A stretch of DNA of 47,864 bases, taken from the NCBI GenBank assembly GCA_032718475.1, contig JAUCBJ010000296.1, positions 1 to 47,864 of the forward strand, written 5' to 3'. Of the stretch, positions 34,598 through 47,443 are shown one piece after another; the stretch's first letter is position 1; every line of letters starts with the position of its first letter. The notes under the pieces are model-generated. The model was given only the letters and a program-made list of their open reading frames with translations. It had not been told where the DNA came from and did no database searches. Made by a program: the position numbers and the translations under genes. This DNA comes from Nemertoderma westbladi. Taxonomy: Eukaryota; Animalia; Xenacoelomorpha.

Positions 34598-37500
34598 GGG
34601 TGTAACTTTTGCGTAGAGGTATAGCCTACATAGAGGCTACATGTAGGTATGTGTAGCCTACATGTAGATGCACGTGTAGGGTGAATGTAGGTAGGTGTAG
34701 GTAGGTCTTTAAAAACAACAATGATGAATGAATAGGCCTACACGGGGTACCCGGACCGGAACTTCCTCGATGAGATGCGAATGCGGCGAACGGGGGTGGT
34801 ACCCGGAACAACCACGAAGAGATGCGAATATGGCGGGCGGTGGTACCCGAAACAACCAGGAGGAGATGCGAATACGTCGAATGGGGGTCCCCTGAATACC
34901 CACGAGACGGAGCCTATCAATACTACACTACTACAGTACTGACAAAGGAAAAAACGACTGAACGATATACCGATACATACTGTAGATCTTATGATCCTGC
35001 GGGTTCAGGCATGGAGGCTAATGACTTTGTATGGGCCGAACGGCCCGAACCTGATGTTTCCAGTCAAGGAGGAATCTACTAACGGTTAGGGTTAGAGCTC
35101 GTCGTCGGTGTCCATGAGGGTCTGAGGATGCGAGTGGGTGATTCAACAAAAGGCTAACAATGATACCGGACTGACTGATTGAACCGGAGTGGCGATGGTA
35201 GTCGCTGATGTATATATATTATATATATCATGTATTGATTGTTAGTAGATATTTTTTTATAATATTTGTTTATTAAATTGTCTTCAATGTCTATATTGAT
35301 AATATTGTGTGCTGACTGGCTGATTTTACTTATTTTTCATTTTATAAATCTTGCTGTGGCCGTTTTAATCTACTAAACTGCCGTATCAATTTCATGATAT
35401 TTTAATGGATATGCAATTTAACTTCTTCTTTCTATTAACTTTCAATCATTCAATGCAATCAAATATACCGGTAACTGTAAAGCTATTGACTTTCGTGTTA
35501 TTGTTTTGCTGTTACTTCGAGATGGGATTTGAATCCCATCGGATTACTGATTAATTCCCATTATCGAGAAGGGAATACTTTATAATGAAACAGTGTGGTG
35601 GTCCGCGGGATAGTGGGAAGGGATGGGACTGTTGCTGGTTGGTGGAATGTGCGACTGCCTGAAAAATTAAAACAAACAAAACTTCCAGACTTCTATATTT
35701 TTACTTTCAAAACAAAACGTCCAAAACATTTCAATGCTGAAGTACTGTTCAAGTCCCATGGATGTATGGTTGATAAACAGATAAAGAGGGGCAGAGGGGG
35801 GTCAGGGTTTCTGGTAGACTATAGTCCCGGCGATGATGGCTGTTTGTTTAGGTTACTCTTACTCAATAAACATATAAATCAGAACGAGTTAATCTATGGA
35901 ACAATGCCTTTCGTGGCGTTAGCATACTCAAATTTATTAGGGCCTAGTATTTCAGTATTTATGACGAGTAAGGGACTTTAGTATAATCAGAACGCGATGT
36001 TTGATATTTATACAGTACTGCAGTATGCAGTAAAACCTGTTGTGTGACAGCAGACCGGTCTGCAGGTTGATGTACCGTATTGTACCGTGGAGGGTGGAGA
36101 TCAGAGATTATTGCCATACATCCTGATTGCGAGCTGGGGGAAGATCTTCTCTGTGCTGGGGGTAAGCGCGCGTAAGAAAAGGGGGAAGAGGGGGAAAGAA
36201 ACGGGGTATGGATCTATAAATAGCATCCAATGGGACGCCTCAATTTTACGACCGTTCTATACTGTAAACATACAGTTGTCTACCTTATGGAGAAGTGGTA
36301 ATACTACTTAATAGTTGCTAAACTTACCCCCCCCCCCCCCCCCCCCCCCACCTACTGTATCATTACACTACACACCTACTATACTCAACCATGCATACCC
36401 ATTCCTACATACCTACTTACACGTACCCTACCACCCACCTAAGCACGTCGACTTAACTGCACCAACCCACCGATCTAAGCACACCTACTTAACCGCACCC
36501 ACCTACCCACCTAAGCACGTATACTTACCCACACACACCCACCTACCTAAGCACAACTACTTAACTGCACCCACCCACCCTCCTAAGCACGTCTACTTAA
36601 CCGCACCCACCCACCAACCTAAGCACGTCTAGGTAACCACACCCACCCACCCACCTAAGCACATCGACTTAACCGCACCCACCCACCAATCTAAGCACAC
36701 CTACTTAACCGCACCCACCCACCCACCTAAGCACACCTACTTAACCGCACCCACCCGCCCTCCTAAGCACGTCTACTTACCCGCACCCACCCACCCACCT
36801 AAACACGTTTACTTAACCGCACCCACCCACCTAAGCACGTGTACTTAACCGCACCCACCCACCCACCCACCTAAGCACGTATACTTACCCGCACCCACCT
36901 CCTACCTAAGCACACCTAGTTAACCGCACCCACCTAAGCACATCGACTTAACCGCACCCACCCACCCACATAAGCACGTGTACTTAATCACACTAACCCA
37001 CCCACCCACCTAAGCACGTATACTTACCCGCACCCACCTCCTACCTAAGCACACATAATTAACCGCACCCACCTAAGCACGTATACTTAAACACACCCAC
37101 CCACCCACCTAAGCACGTTTACTTAACCACACCCACCCACCCACCTAAGCACATCGACTTAACGACACCCACCCACCCACCTAAGCACACCTCCTTAACC
37201 GCACGTGTACTTAACCGCAAACAATCAACCAATCCACCTAAGCACGTCTACTTAACCGCACCCACCCACCCACCTAAGCACACCTACTTAACCGCACCCA
37301 CCCACCTACATAAGAACGTCTACTTAACCGCACCCACCCACCCACCTAAGCACACCTACTTAACCGCACCAACCCACCTACATAAGCACGACTACTTAAC
37401 CGCACCCACCCACCCTCATAAAGACGTCTACTTAACCGCACCCACCCATCTACCTAAGCACAACTACTTAACTGCACCCACCTAAGCACATCGACTTAGC

Positions 37501-38852
37501 CGCACCCACCCACCCACCTAAGCACACCTACTTAACCGCACCCGGCCACCCACCCTCCTAAGCACATCGACTTAACCGCACCCACCCACCCACCTAAGCA
37601 CACCTACTTAACTGCACCCACCCACCAACCTAAACACGTCTACTTAACCGCACCCACACACCAAACTAAGCACGTCTACTTAACCGCACCCACACACCAA
37701 ATTAAGCAAGCACGTCTACTTAACCACACCCAACCTCCCCTACCCCTACACACCTAATTACCCGCACTCACCTACCCCTACCCACCCCCCCTCCCTCTCA
37801 CATCCTATTTACCCGCACCGACCGCCCGAACCTAACAAACACACCCACCCCTACTTTTCCTACCTTATTCAGACTCCATGGCAAACATTCACGGAGCAAT
37901 CGTGCCGTACAGGAAATTTGCAAAAACGGAAAGCAGGGACAGTTTTCGCCAAAACCTTTTTTACAAGAACCTTTTTTTATAATCGTTTCCTATAAAATAA
38001 TGCTAAGTTTCTACATCCTAGAACATTCGATAACTATTGTAAATTATTGTAATTAATTAATAGGTTGGTTGCTTTTTTTAACATATATTATTAAATAAAT
38101 GTGAGATAGTTTGTGCAGTTAGTTTAATTATAATATCGTAAACATCACTACACAAAAACGCGTTTTACACACCAGATCTTTACAACATTACCTTTATTCG
38201 CATGCGAAAATAAGGGTTATGCCAGAGCCAGCCTAGAGGCCAAGCAAGGTACCGGTAGCCGTAGCAATGCAAGAAGCTAGAAGCTTCCTATTGGGTGCTA
38301 TTTTTAGATCCTTCCCCCTTTTCTTACCCCCTCATCCGTGCCACCACTGGTTCAGCCAAACAACCCAGGCAGCTCCGTAGCCCATCATTGTTCCAATTCT
38401 TCCAGTAGGCTATCATTACGGCTCTCCTAATTTGTTTCAAATTTGTTTCACTGGCATACTTAACATTGTTCCAATTTTTTGAGCTCCGTAGCCCATCATT
38501 GTTCCAATTCTACGGTAGACTATCATTACGGCCCTCCTAATTTGTTTCAAATTTGTTTCACTGGCTTACATAGCATTGCAGGTAGGATACCATTACGTGG
38601 CTCCTAATATGTTTCAATTATGTTCCAATTTTGTTTCAACTAACAGAGACATACTAGTGGCAGTACGCGTATTGGATTGACGACCGTGTATGACGTTACT
38701 GCAAGTTGACACATAAATTACATTAATATCTATGGGACTCACTACACCTACCTGCCTACCTACATTCACCCTACACCTGCATCTACATGTAGGCTACACC
38801 TACCTTCATGTAGCCTCTATATAGGCTATACCTCTACGCAAAAGATATACCC
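34598..38852. mobile_element. Non-autonomous Mutator-type (MULE) DNA transposon, 4255 bp
   Basis: ~110-bp TIRs GGGTGTAACTTTTGCGTAGAGGTATAGCCTA.../...TAGGCTATACCTCTACGCAAAAGATATACCC; exact 9-bp TSD CCTCTCAGC at 34589-34597 and 38853-38861; no transposase ORF. Confidence 0.9.
36395..37735. repeat. Degenerate ~32-bp minisatellite inside the MULE
   Basis: Unit ~CACCCACCCACCTAAGCACGTCTACTTAACCG with a variable number of CACC. Confidence 0.9.
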
Positions 38853-38930
38853 CCTCTCAGCTGCTCGGTTCCTATAAAAATCTTGAAATACCGAATACTG
38901 CAGTATCAGCAGTACTGTACTGAAATAGGT

Positions 38931-38941
38931 CCGCCATCTTG
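38931..38941 (+). promoter_or_regulatory. YY1-like motif CCGCCATCTTG upstream of the 39344 gene
   Basis: Matches CGCCATnTT about 400 bp upstream of the ATG; motif match only. Confidence 0.35.
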
Positions 38942-39343
38942 AATCTATTTTACTAGTCCTGTAGTCCAGTGGTCTGCTACCATAGTCAGGTCAGTCAGCT
39001 AATATTCCTATCCTGCTATCCCTGTATCCAGCTATCTGAAATATTTCAAGGTCAATCACTCAATATCAATATTTTTTTGAGTTACTCTGCCCTGGAGCAG
39101 TGGAGGCTGGCTGGCTCTGGCTGGAGCCTTCTTACAGTCTTAACTTAAGCTTTTATATAGATAGATAAGCTTAACCCGTGCCCGTGTAACCCTCTGACCC
39201 TGTCAGCCTGTAACCAGTTAGTTACCGTACTCACTGACCGTGGACTGAGTTCTGGAGTTACACTTAAGGGCCTTACCGTACCCAGGTACCGCTACCAGCA
39301 TACCGGTACCGCTGTACCGATAACCAACTTTCCGCATTTCACA

Positions 39344-39511
39344 ATGCATGGACTTGGATTTCCCGTCTTTCTAACTTTGTATTTATCGAGTCTCTTTCCA
39401 ATAGTCTGCTATGGGAATGCAAATGACGAAAACAACGAGGCGTACATTAAAGAAAGTCGAAGAAAAGTTACCATATATGGAGTGCCACGACGGGTAGACT
39501 ACACAAAGCAG
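39344..39511 (+). CDS. Unknown secreted/membrane protein, exon 1 (signal peptide)
   Basis: ACAATG start; hydrophobic MHGLGFPVFLTLYLSSLFPIVCYG; donor CAG|GTATTT (phase 0). Confidence 0.6.
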
Positions 39512-40238
39512 GTATTTATGATTTCTTCAATGTCATCAGTGCGTTATATTTAACAGTTTACTCAGCCAATGCTGCACTGCCACTGACAGACTGACCCAGA
39601 CCCACACCCAAGGCTTCATACTGCAGTAACTGCCAGACTGCGGTGCTTCCCAACCCAACCACCAATCCTGCAACATGTAGGCTATAGCCTGTGACCGACT
39701 ACAGTACACGTGGATGGTCGACTAGCAACTCCAGCTAGGGTTGTCCGTAAAAACGTTTTCGAATTTCAACTTGTTTGCCTTTTGTTCATCAAATGGGTAG
39801 GTTTGTTATCTACCAAAATTTGACCCCATTTGATGCACGAAACAAGTACAAATTCAAAAAAACATTTTTTGGACCATCCTAACGGTGCACCTCGCAGTTT
39901 GAATTGGTTAACATGCCGGGCCGGTTGCGTTGTTGTTCCTATGGTCGCCACAGACTGACGGAGATTTGAAGAAACGCAAAATTCAGTTTACGCCTTGCTC
40001 TGTTCAGCAGTTGAATCATTCGGAATAGTGGATTACTCGTTCAGTGTGGCCAGTTTTTATGATAGGAGTTTGATGAAATGATCTGGGTAGTAGTTTGCGA
40101 CGCACGTACACTAGTACAGCGTAGGATAGTAGGATTCCACAGTAAATCTGTCTAGGCATTTGTTTACCGTCAGCCCATAGAATACGGTACGTTGTAAACG
40201 CACTGACAGGACACCCAATATGTTTATATCTATTTTAG

Positions 40239-40448
40239 ATGGACTTTCTACTGCGATCCGTGGTAGCCTACAGCGTGTGGGATTATTGCAGCGACTACCA
40301 TCGGAGGGGCGAGTGTTTCGGAGACAACCGACTCAATATAACTACGGAGGATGTTGTACGGGTGAGCGCCGATATGGACACCAGTTGGGATAGAATCGCA
40401 CATCTCAACACCAAAGCCTGGTTCTATATATACATCGCAAGGATAAAG
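40239..40448 (+). CDS. Unknown secreted/membrane protein, exon 2
   Basis: CTATTTTAG| acceptor, AAG|GTAAAT donor, 210 nt, phase 0-0, two Cys and an NIT sequon. The gene probably continues beyond the window. Confidence 0.6.
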
Positions 40449-40557
40449 GTAAATGTGAAGATTACGTCGTCAATCAAACATCAGTTTCATAAAAAATCTT
40501 TATTTCGATTGGGACAATTTAAAAAGACGTCGTCGATATAAGAAATTCCACCGTAAC

Positions 40558-40724
40558 GCCCGGTTCACGGAATCACTTAGCGGTGGTTTTGCGTCGCCTT
40601 TTGAACGCACTTTGACAGCGCTGTACGACGCGGCTTTTTCACATCGCTGTTACCAAAACGCTGTAGTTGGCCAGTATTGCGATATCAGAGCGCCGTCACC
40701 GCAAAGTTTATCTGTAAACCGGGC
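40558..40724. mobile_element. PIF/Harbinger-like MITE
   Basis: Imperfect TIRs GCCCGGTTCACGGAATCACTTAGCGGTG / CACCGCAAAGTTTATCTGTAAACCGGGC; the superfamily call is tentative. Confidence 0.5.
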
Positions 40725-41068
40725 AAGTCCGCAGGGTTTTTATTCCAAATAATGTGTTGGTGAAATTTATAAATTAAAATAGCGATTTCTAAATTTTTTA
40801 AACTTATTTAGAATTATTTCTAAAACTTAATATTGAAAACAACAACAAATTTAAAAATATAAACTTTACTACAGCGTTTGAAATAAAAACACTGATAAAT
40901 CAAATTTTAAGATTAACCATTTTAATTTGTTATTAATGTTGTTTGTTCGTTCACCAGAATCGAATAATTGATCCTCTAAATCTGATTCATCTCCATCAAC
41001 TTCATTTGTACCAACTTCTATAATATTCATTTGTGGTATTTTTTCTAAGTAGATTTACATAGACTGAC

Positions 41069-44000
41069 TACACAATCGTTACACCTTCGCTTCGTGGGGG
41101 CCTTCGCGCGGCACGAGATACTGTACACAATCGTTACACCTTCGTGGGGCCTTCGCGCAGCACGAGAGACTATACACAATCGTTACACCTTCGTGGGGGC
41201 CTTCGCGCGGCACGAGATACTGTACACAATCGTTACACCTTCGTGGGGCCTTCGCGCGGCACGAGAGACTATACACAATCGTTACACCTTCGTGGGGGCC
41301 TTCGCGCGGCACGAGATACTGTACACAATCGTTACACCTTCGTGGGGCCTTCGCGCGGCACGAGAGACTGTACACAATCGTTACACCTTCGTGGGGCCTT
41401 CGCGCAGCACGAGAGACTGTACACAATCGTTACACCTTCGTGGGGCCTTCGCGCGGCACGAGAGACTGTACACAATCGTTACACCTTCGTGGGGCCTTCG
41501 CGCAGCACAAGATACTGTACACAATCGTTACACCTTCGTGGGGCCTTTGCGCAGCACGAGATACTGTACACAATCGTTACACCTTCGTGGGGCCTTCGCG
41601 CGGCACGAGAGACTGTACACAATCGTTACACCTTCGTGGGGCCTTCGCGCAGCACGAGATACTGTACACAATCGTTACACCTTCGTGGGGCCTTCGCGCA
41701 GCACGAGATACTGTACACAATCGTTACACCTTCGTGGGGCCTTCGCGCAGCACGAGAGACTATACACAATCGTTACACCTTCGTGGGGCCTTTGCGCAGC
41801 ACGATATACTGTACACAATCGTTACACCTTCGTGGGGCCTTCGCGCAGCACGAGAGACTGTACACAATCGTTACACCTTCGTGGGGCCTTCGCGCGGCAC
41901 GAGAGACTGTACACAATCGTTACACCTTCGTGGGGCCTTCGCGCAGCACGAGATACTGTACACAATCGTTACACCTTCGTGGGGCCTTCGCGCAGCACGA
42001 GATACTGTACACAATCGTTACACCTTCGTGGGGCCTTCGCGCAGCACGAGAGACTATACACAATCGTTACACCTTCGTGGGGCCTTCGCGCGGCACGAGA
42101 GACTGTACACAATCGTTACACCTTCGTGGGGCCTTCGCGCGGCACGAGAGACTGTACACAATCGTTACACCTTCGTGGGGCCTTCGCGCGGCACGAGAGA
42201 CTGTACACAATCGTTACACCTTCGTGGGGCCTTCGCGCAGCACGAGATACTGTACACAATCGTTACACCTTCGTGGGGCCTTCGCGCAGCACGAGAGACT
42301 GTACACAATCGTTACACCTTCGTGGGGCCTTCGCGCAGCACGAGATACTGTACACAATCGTTACACCTTCGTGGGGCCTTCGCGCGGCACGAGAGACTGT
42401 ACACAATCGTTACACCTTCGTGGGGCCTTCGCGCAGCACGAGATACTGTACACAATCGTTACACCTTCGTGGGGCCTTTGCGCAGCACGAGATACTGTAC
42501 ACAATCGTTACACCTTCGTGGGGCCTTCGCGCGGCACGAGAGACTGTACACAATCGTTACACCTTCGTGGGGCCTTTGCGCAGCACGAGATACTGTACAC
42601 AATCGTTACACCTTCGTGGGGCCTTCGCGCAGCACGAGAGACTGTACACAATCGTTACACCTTCGTGGGGCCTTCGCGCGGCACGAGAGACTGTACACAA
42701 TCGTTACACCTTCGTGGGGCCTTCGCGCAGCACGAGATACTGTACATAATCGTTACACCTTCGTGGGGCCTTCGCGCAGCACGAGATACTGTACACAATC
42801 GTTACACCATCGTGGGGCCTTCGCGCAGCACGGGAGACAGTACACCTTCGTGGGGCCTTCGCGCAGCACAAGATACTGTACACAATCGTTACACCTTCGT
42901 GGGGCCTTCGCGCAGCACGAGATACTGTACACAATCGTTACACCTTCGTGGGGCCTTCGCGCGGCACGAGAGACTGTACACAATCGTTACACCTTCGTGG
43001 GGCCTTTGCGCAGCACGAGATACTGTACACAATCGTTACACCTTCGTGGGGCCTTCGCGCGGCACGAGAGACTGTACACAATCGTTACACCTTCGTGGGG
43101 CCTTCGCGCAGCACGAGATACTGTACACAATCGTTACACCTTCGTGGGGCCTTTGCGCAGCACGAGATACTGTACACAATCGTTACACCTTCGTGGGGCC
43201 TTCGCGCGGCACGAGAGACTGTACACAATCGTTACACCTTCGTGGGGCCTTTGCGCAGCACGAGATACTGTACACAATCGTTACACCATCGTGGGGCCTT
43301 CGCGCAGCACGAGAGACTGTACACAATCGTTACACCTTCGTGGGGCCTTCGCGCAGCACGAGATACTGTACACAATCGTTACACCTTCGTGGGGCCTTCG
43401 CGCAGCACGAGATACTGTACACAATCGTTACACCATCGTGGGGCCTTCGCGCAGCACGGGAGACAGTACACCTTCGTGGGGCCTTCGCGCAGCACAAGAT
43501 ACTGTACACAATCGTTACACCTTCGTGGGGCCTTTGCGCAGCACGAGATACTGTACACAATCGTTACACCTTCGTGGGGCCTTCGCGCGGCACGAGAGAC
43601 TGTACACAATCGTTACACCTTCGTGGGGCCTTCGCGCAGCACGAGATACTGTACACAATCGTTACACCTTCGTGGGGCCTTCGCGCGGCACGAGAGACTG
43701 TACACAATCGTTACACCTTCGTGGGGCCTTCGCGCAGCACGAGAGACTGTACACAATCGTTACACCTTCGTGGGGCCTTCGCGCAGCACAAGATACTGTA
43801 CACAATCGTTACACCTTCGTGGGGCCTTTGCGCAGCACGAGATACTGTACACAATCGTTACACCTTCGTGGGGCCTTCGCGCGGCACGAGAGACTGTACA
43901 CAATCGTTACACCTTCGTGGGGCCTTCGCGCAGCACGAGATACTGTACACAATCGTTACACCTTCGTGGGGCCTTCGCGCAGCACGAGATACTGTACACA

Positions 44001-45824
44001 ATCGTTACACCATCGTGGGGCCTTCGCGCAGCACGGGAGACAGTACACCTTCGTGGGGCCTTCGCGCAGCACAAGATACTGTACACAATCGTTACACCTT
44101 CGTGGGGCCTTCGCGCGGCACGAGAGACTGTACACAATCGTTACACCTTCGTGGGGCCTTCGCGCAGCACGAGAGACTGTACACAATCGTTACACCTTCG
44201 TGGGGCCTTCGCGCAGCACAAGATACTGTACACAATCGTTACACCTTCGTGGGGCCTTTGCGCAGCACGAGATACTGTACACAATCGTTACACCTTCGTG
44301 GGGCCTTCGCGCGGCACGAGAGACTGTACACAATCGTTACACCTTCGTGGGGCCTTCGCGCAGCACGAGATACTGTACACAATCGTTACACCTTCGTGGG
44401 GCCTTCGCGCGGCACGAGAGACTGTACACAATCGTTACACCTTCGTGGGGCCTTCGCGCGGCACGAGAGACTGTACACAATCGTTACACCATCGTGGGGC
44501 CTTCGCGCAGCACGAGATACTGTACACAATCGTTACACCTTCGTGGGGCCTTCGCGCAGCACGAGAGACTGTACACAATCGTTACACCTTCGTGGGGCCT
44601 TTGCGCAGCGCGAGATACTGTACACAATCGTTACACCTTCGTGGGGCCTTCGCGCGGCACGAGAGACTGTACACAATCGTTACACCTTCGTGGGGCCTTC
44701 GCGCAGCACGAGATACTGTACACAATCGTTACACCTTCGTGGGGCCTTCGCGCAGCACGAGATACTGTACACAATCGTTACACCATCGTGGGGCCTTCGC
44801 GCAGCACGGGAGACAGTACACCTTCGTGGGGCCTTCGCGCAGCACAAGATACTGTACACAATCGTTACACCTTCGTGGGGCCTTTGCGCAGCACGAGATA
44901 CTGTACACAATCGTTACACCTTCGTGGGGCCTTCGCGCGGCACGAGAGACTGTACACAATCGTTACACCTTCGTGGGGCCTTTGCGCAGCACGAGATACT
45001 GTACACAATCGTTACACCTTCGTGGGGCCTTCGCGCGGCACGAGAGACTGTACACAATCGTTACACCTTCGTGGGGCCTTCGCGCAGCACGAGATACTGT
45101 ACACAATCGTTACACCTTCGTGGGGCCTTTGCGCAGCACGAGATACTGTACACAATCGTTACACCTTCGTGGGGCCTTTGCGCAGCACGAGATACTGTAC
45201 ACAATCGTTACACCTTCGTGGGGCCTTCGCGCGGCACGAGAGACTGTACACAATCGTTACACCTTCGTGGGGCCTTCGCGCAGCACGAGATACTGTACAC
45301 AATCGTTACACCATCGTGGGGCCTTCGCGCAGCACGAGATACTGTACACAATCGTTACACCTTCGTGGGGCCTTCGCGCGGCACGAGAGACTGTACACAA
45401 TCGTTACACCTTCGTGGGGCCTTCGCGCAGCACAAGATACTGTACACAATCGTTACACCTTCGTGGGGCCTTCGCGCAGCACGAGAGACTGTACACAATC
45501 GTTACACCTTCGTGGGGCCTTTGCGCAGCGCGAGATACTGTACACAATCGTTACACCTTCGTGGGGCCTTCGCGCGGCACGAGAGACTGTACACAATCGT
45601 TACACCTTCGTGGGGCCTTCGCGCAGCACGAGATACTGTACACAATCGTTACACCTTCGTGGGGCCTTCGCGCAGCACGAGATACTGTACACAATCGTTA
45701 CACCATCGTGGGGCCTTCGCGCAGCACGGGAGACAGTACACCTTCGTGGGGCCTTCGCGCAGCACGAGAGACTGTACACAATCGTTACACCATCGTGGGG
45801 CCTTCGCGCAGCACGAGAGTCTAT
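41069..45824. repeat. 49-bp satellite array, ~97 units, with five 38-bp variants
   Basis: Unit TACACAATCGTTACACCTTCGTGGGGCCTTCGCGC(A/G)GCACGAGA(G/T)ACTG; bounded by TAGACT...AGTCTA. Confidence 0.97.
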
Positions 45825-46274
45825 ATTAGAAAGTTTACTAATTTCTGTTAGATATACGAAAACTGTCTTTCCCAAAATGTTTATGAGTCATGTTTTAAGT
45901 TTGAGTTAAACTGGCTTTAACTCTCATTTGTAAAGCTACTAACCAGGGCTATTTAAGTTAAGTATGACATGTTTAGTTTTACAATACACTTCACTTTCAT
46001 TAGCCTCGTTGCGCTCGTCCTGTTTTGTCTCAACATTTTTCTTAAATGCAGACTGACGACCTTTATAACTATGCAGAATCTCGAAACTGCGAGTAACTGC
46101 AAAACTACACTGCAAAACTCGTTACGTTCGTTCGTTTTTGACCAAGCTTCAGATTCTTTATAATCTTTTAGGGACTGCATGCATACGTACCAAGTTTGGT
46201 TTAATTTCACCAAGGAAAGAGTTATTAGCGATCAAAAATTAGGCGACGACAGACAACTCGTTAATGGTACCTAT

Positions 46275-47443
46275 TAGAGTTGAAACAGAGACTTGTCACT
46301 GATCTCTGATCTCTGGATTCTCCGGACGGTTTTTTGGTCTCCGGGTAGGTCTCTGGTTCCCGGGTATTGAAAACACACATTTTACCCAGAGATCAGTGAT
46401 TTGACAAATTAGAAATAGATATTTATATCTCTATTTAATTCCAATTCTAATTTAAAGTCTTCTGTTTAAAGTAAAAGTAAAAAAGTAAATTTTCTTCGGC
46501 CGCTAGGCCAGGGATTGCGCACAAAGTCTGACGACTTATTTCCAGTGCAGTCCCCCCAGAACTTTACTCCCCAGAGGAAACTCCAGCACTCATTTAGCTA
46601 CCACTTAGGATGCAAGGCAGAGATGCGCCCTGGCTGGTCCCTTTAAAGCATTCGTGCCGAAACGAAAACTGCCCTGGTCCATGTGAGGATCGAACCCACG
46701 ACCTACGTGAGAGGTGAATTCAATGCAACCACTACACCAAGGTGGAACCTTGGTCTGTTTAATTAATTTAAGGTGCGTTTAATTTTAAGTTAAATTAGCA
46801 CCTAAAGATGGTTCTTATTTAAGGATAAGGGCGCTTAATTTGAGCTCTCATAATGTTTAAAAGTGAAAGAAAGGGCTGTTCTCCATTCAACTTGTTATCT
46901 AGGATAGATAATATGACGACCAAATGGAGAGAACGAGCGCAACGAGGCTTGTAAATGGGGCGAGTAGAGCACTATACCCTGTGCACTAAGTATTCGTAAA
47001 TTACTAAGTTTATAGTATACTGGAAATGTATATGATTTGAACAATTGTAAAATAGTGCCTTTAATTAACAAAGTACCGGTACCTATGGCGCTAAACAAAT
47101 TTATGTAACATATTATTAACAATAACAAAATAAGAACGAATTAATAAAAAACTAACCAATTTAATATTAATTAAGCGCCCCAAACTGTACGTGCGCTTAT
47201 TTTCTTCCAATGGGTAAGGGTTGAAATGGATTGGATTTACTTTACTGCAATTGAACCATAGAAATATAGTTCTAAGGCCGTATGGTACCTGTTTGTGATA
47301 TTGGGGAGTAATCAAATTGTAAGTAGAAAAATAAGCAAAGTCTCTGATCTCCGGCTCTGGTCTCCGGTATTTTTCAAAATAATTCTCCGGTTAGGGCTCT
47401 GGTTTACCGGGATTAAGAAAAGCAGGTCTCTGTTTCAACTCTA
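46275..47443. mobile_element. hAT-type non-autonomous element
   Basis: 18-bp TIRs TAGAGTTGAAACAGAGAC / GTCTCTGTTTCAACTCTA; exact 8-bp TSD GTACCTAT at 46267-46274 and 47444-47451. Confidence 0.9.
46470..46753 (-). mobile_element. tRNA-derived SINE, copy 2 (nested in the hAT element)
   Basis: Reverse complement of the 32101 copy; TSD TCTGTTTAA at 46461-46469 and 46754-46762. Confidence 0.88.

Noticed and set aside
36315-36632. Pro/His-rich ORF
   Set aside because: Translation of the poly-C tract and minisatellite inside the MULE.
22972-45824. CRISPR arrays (34- and 49-bp repeats)
   Set aside because: Head-to-tail units with no unique spacers, no cas genes and a eukaryotic context.
41094-45909. 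Very long ORFs (551-1561 aa) in all three + frames
   Set aside because: Artefact of a stop-free 49-bp unit; the same 49-aa cycle appears in every frame.
46053-46095. Hammerhead ribozyme (CTGACGA...GAAA)
   Set aside because: No convincing stem II between the two core motifs.
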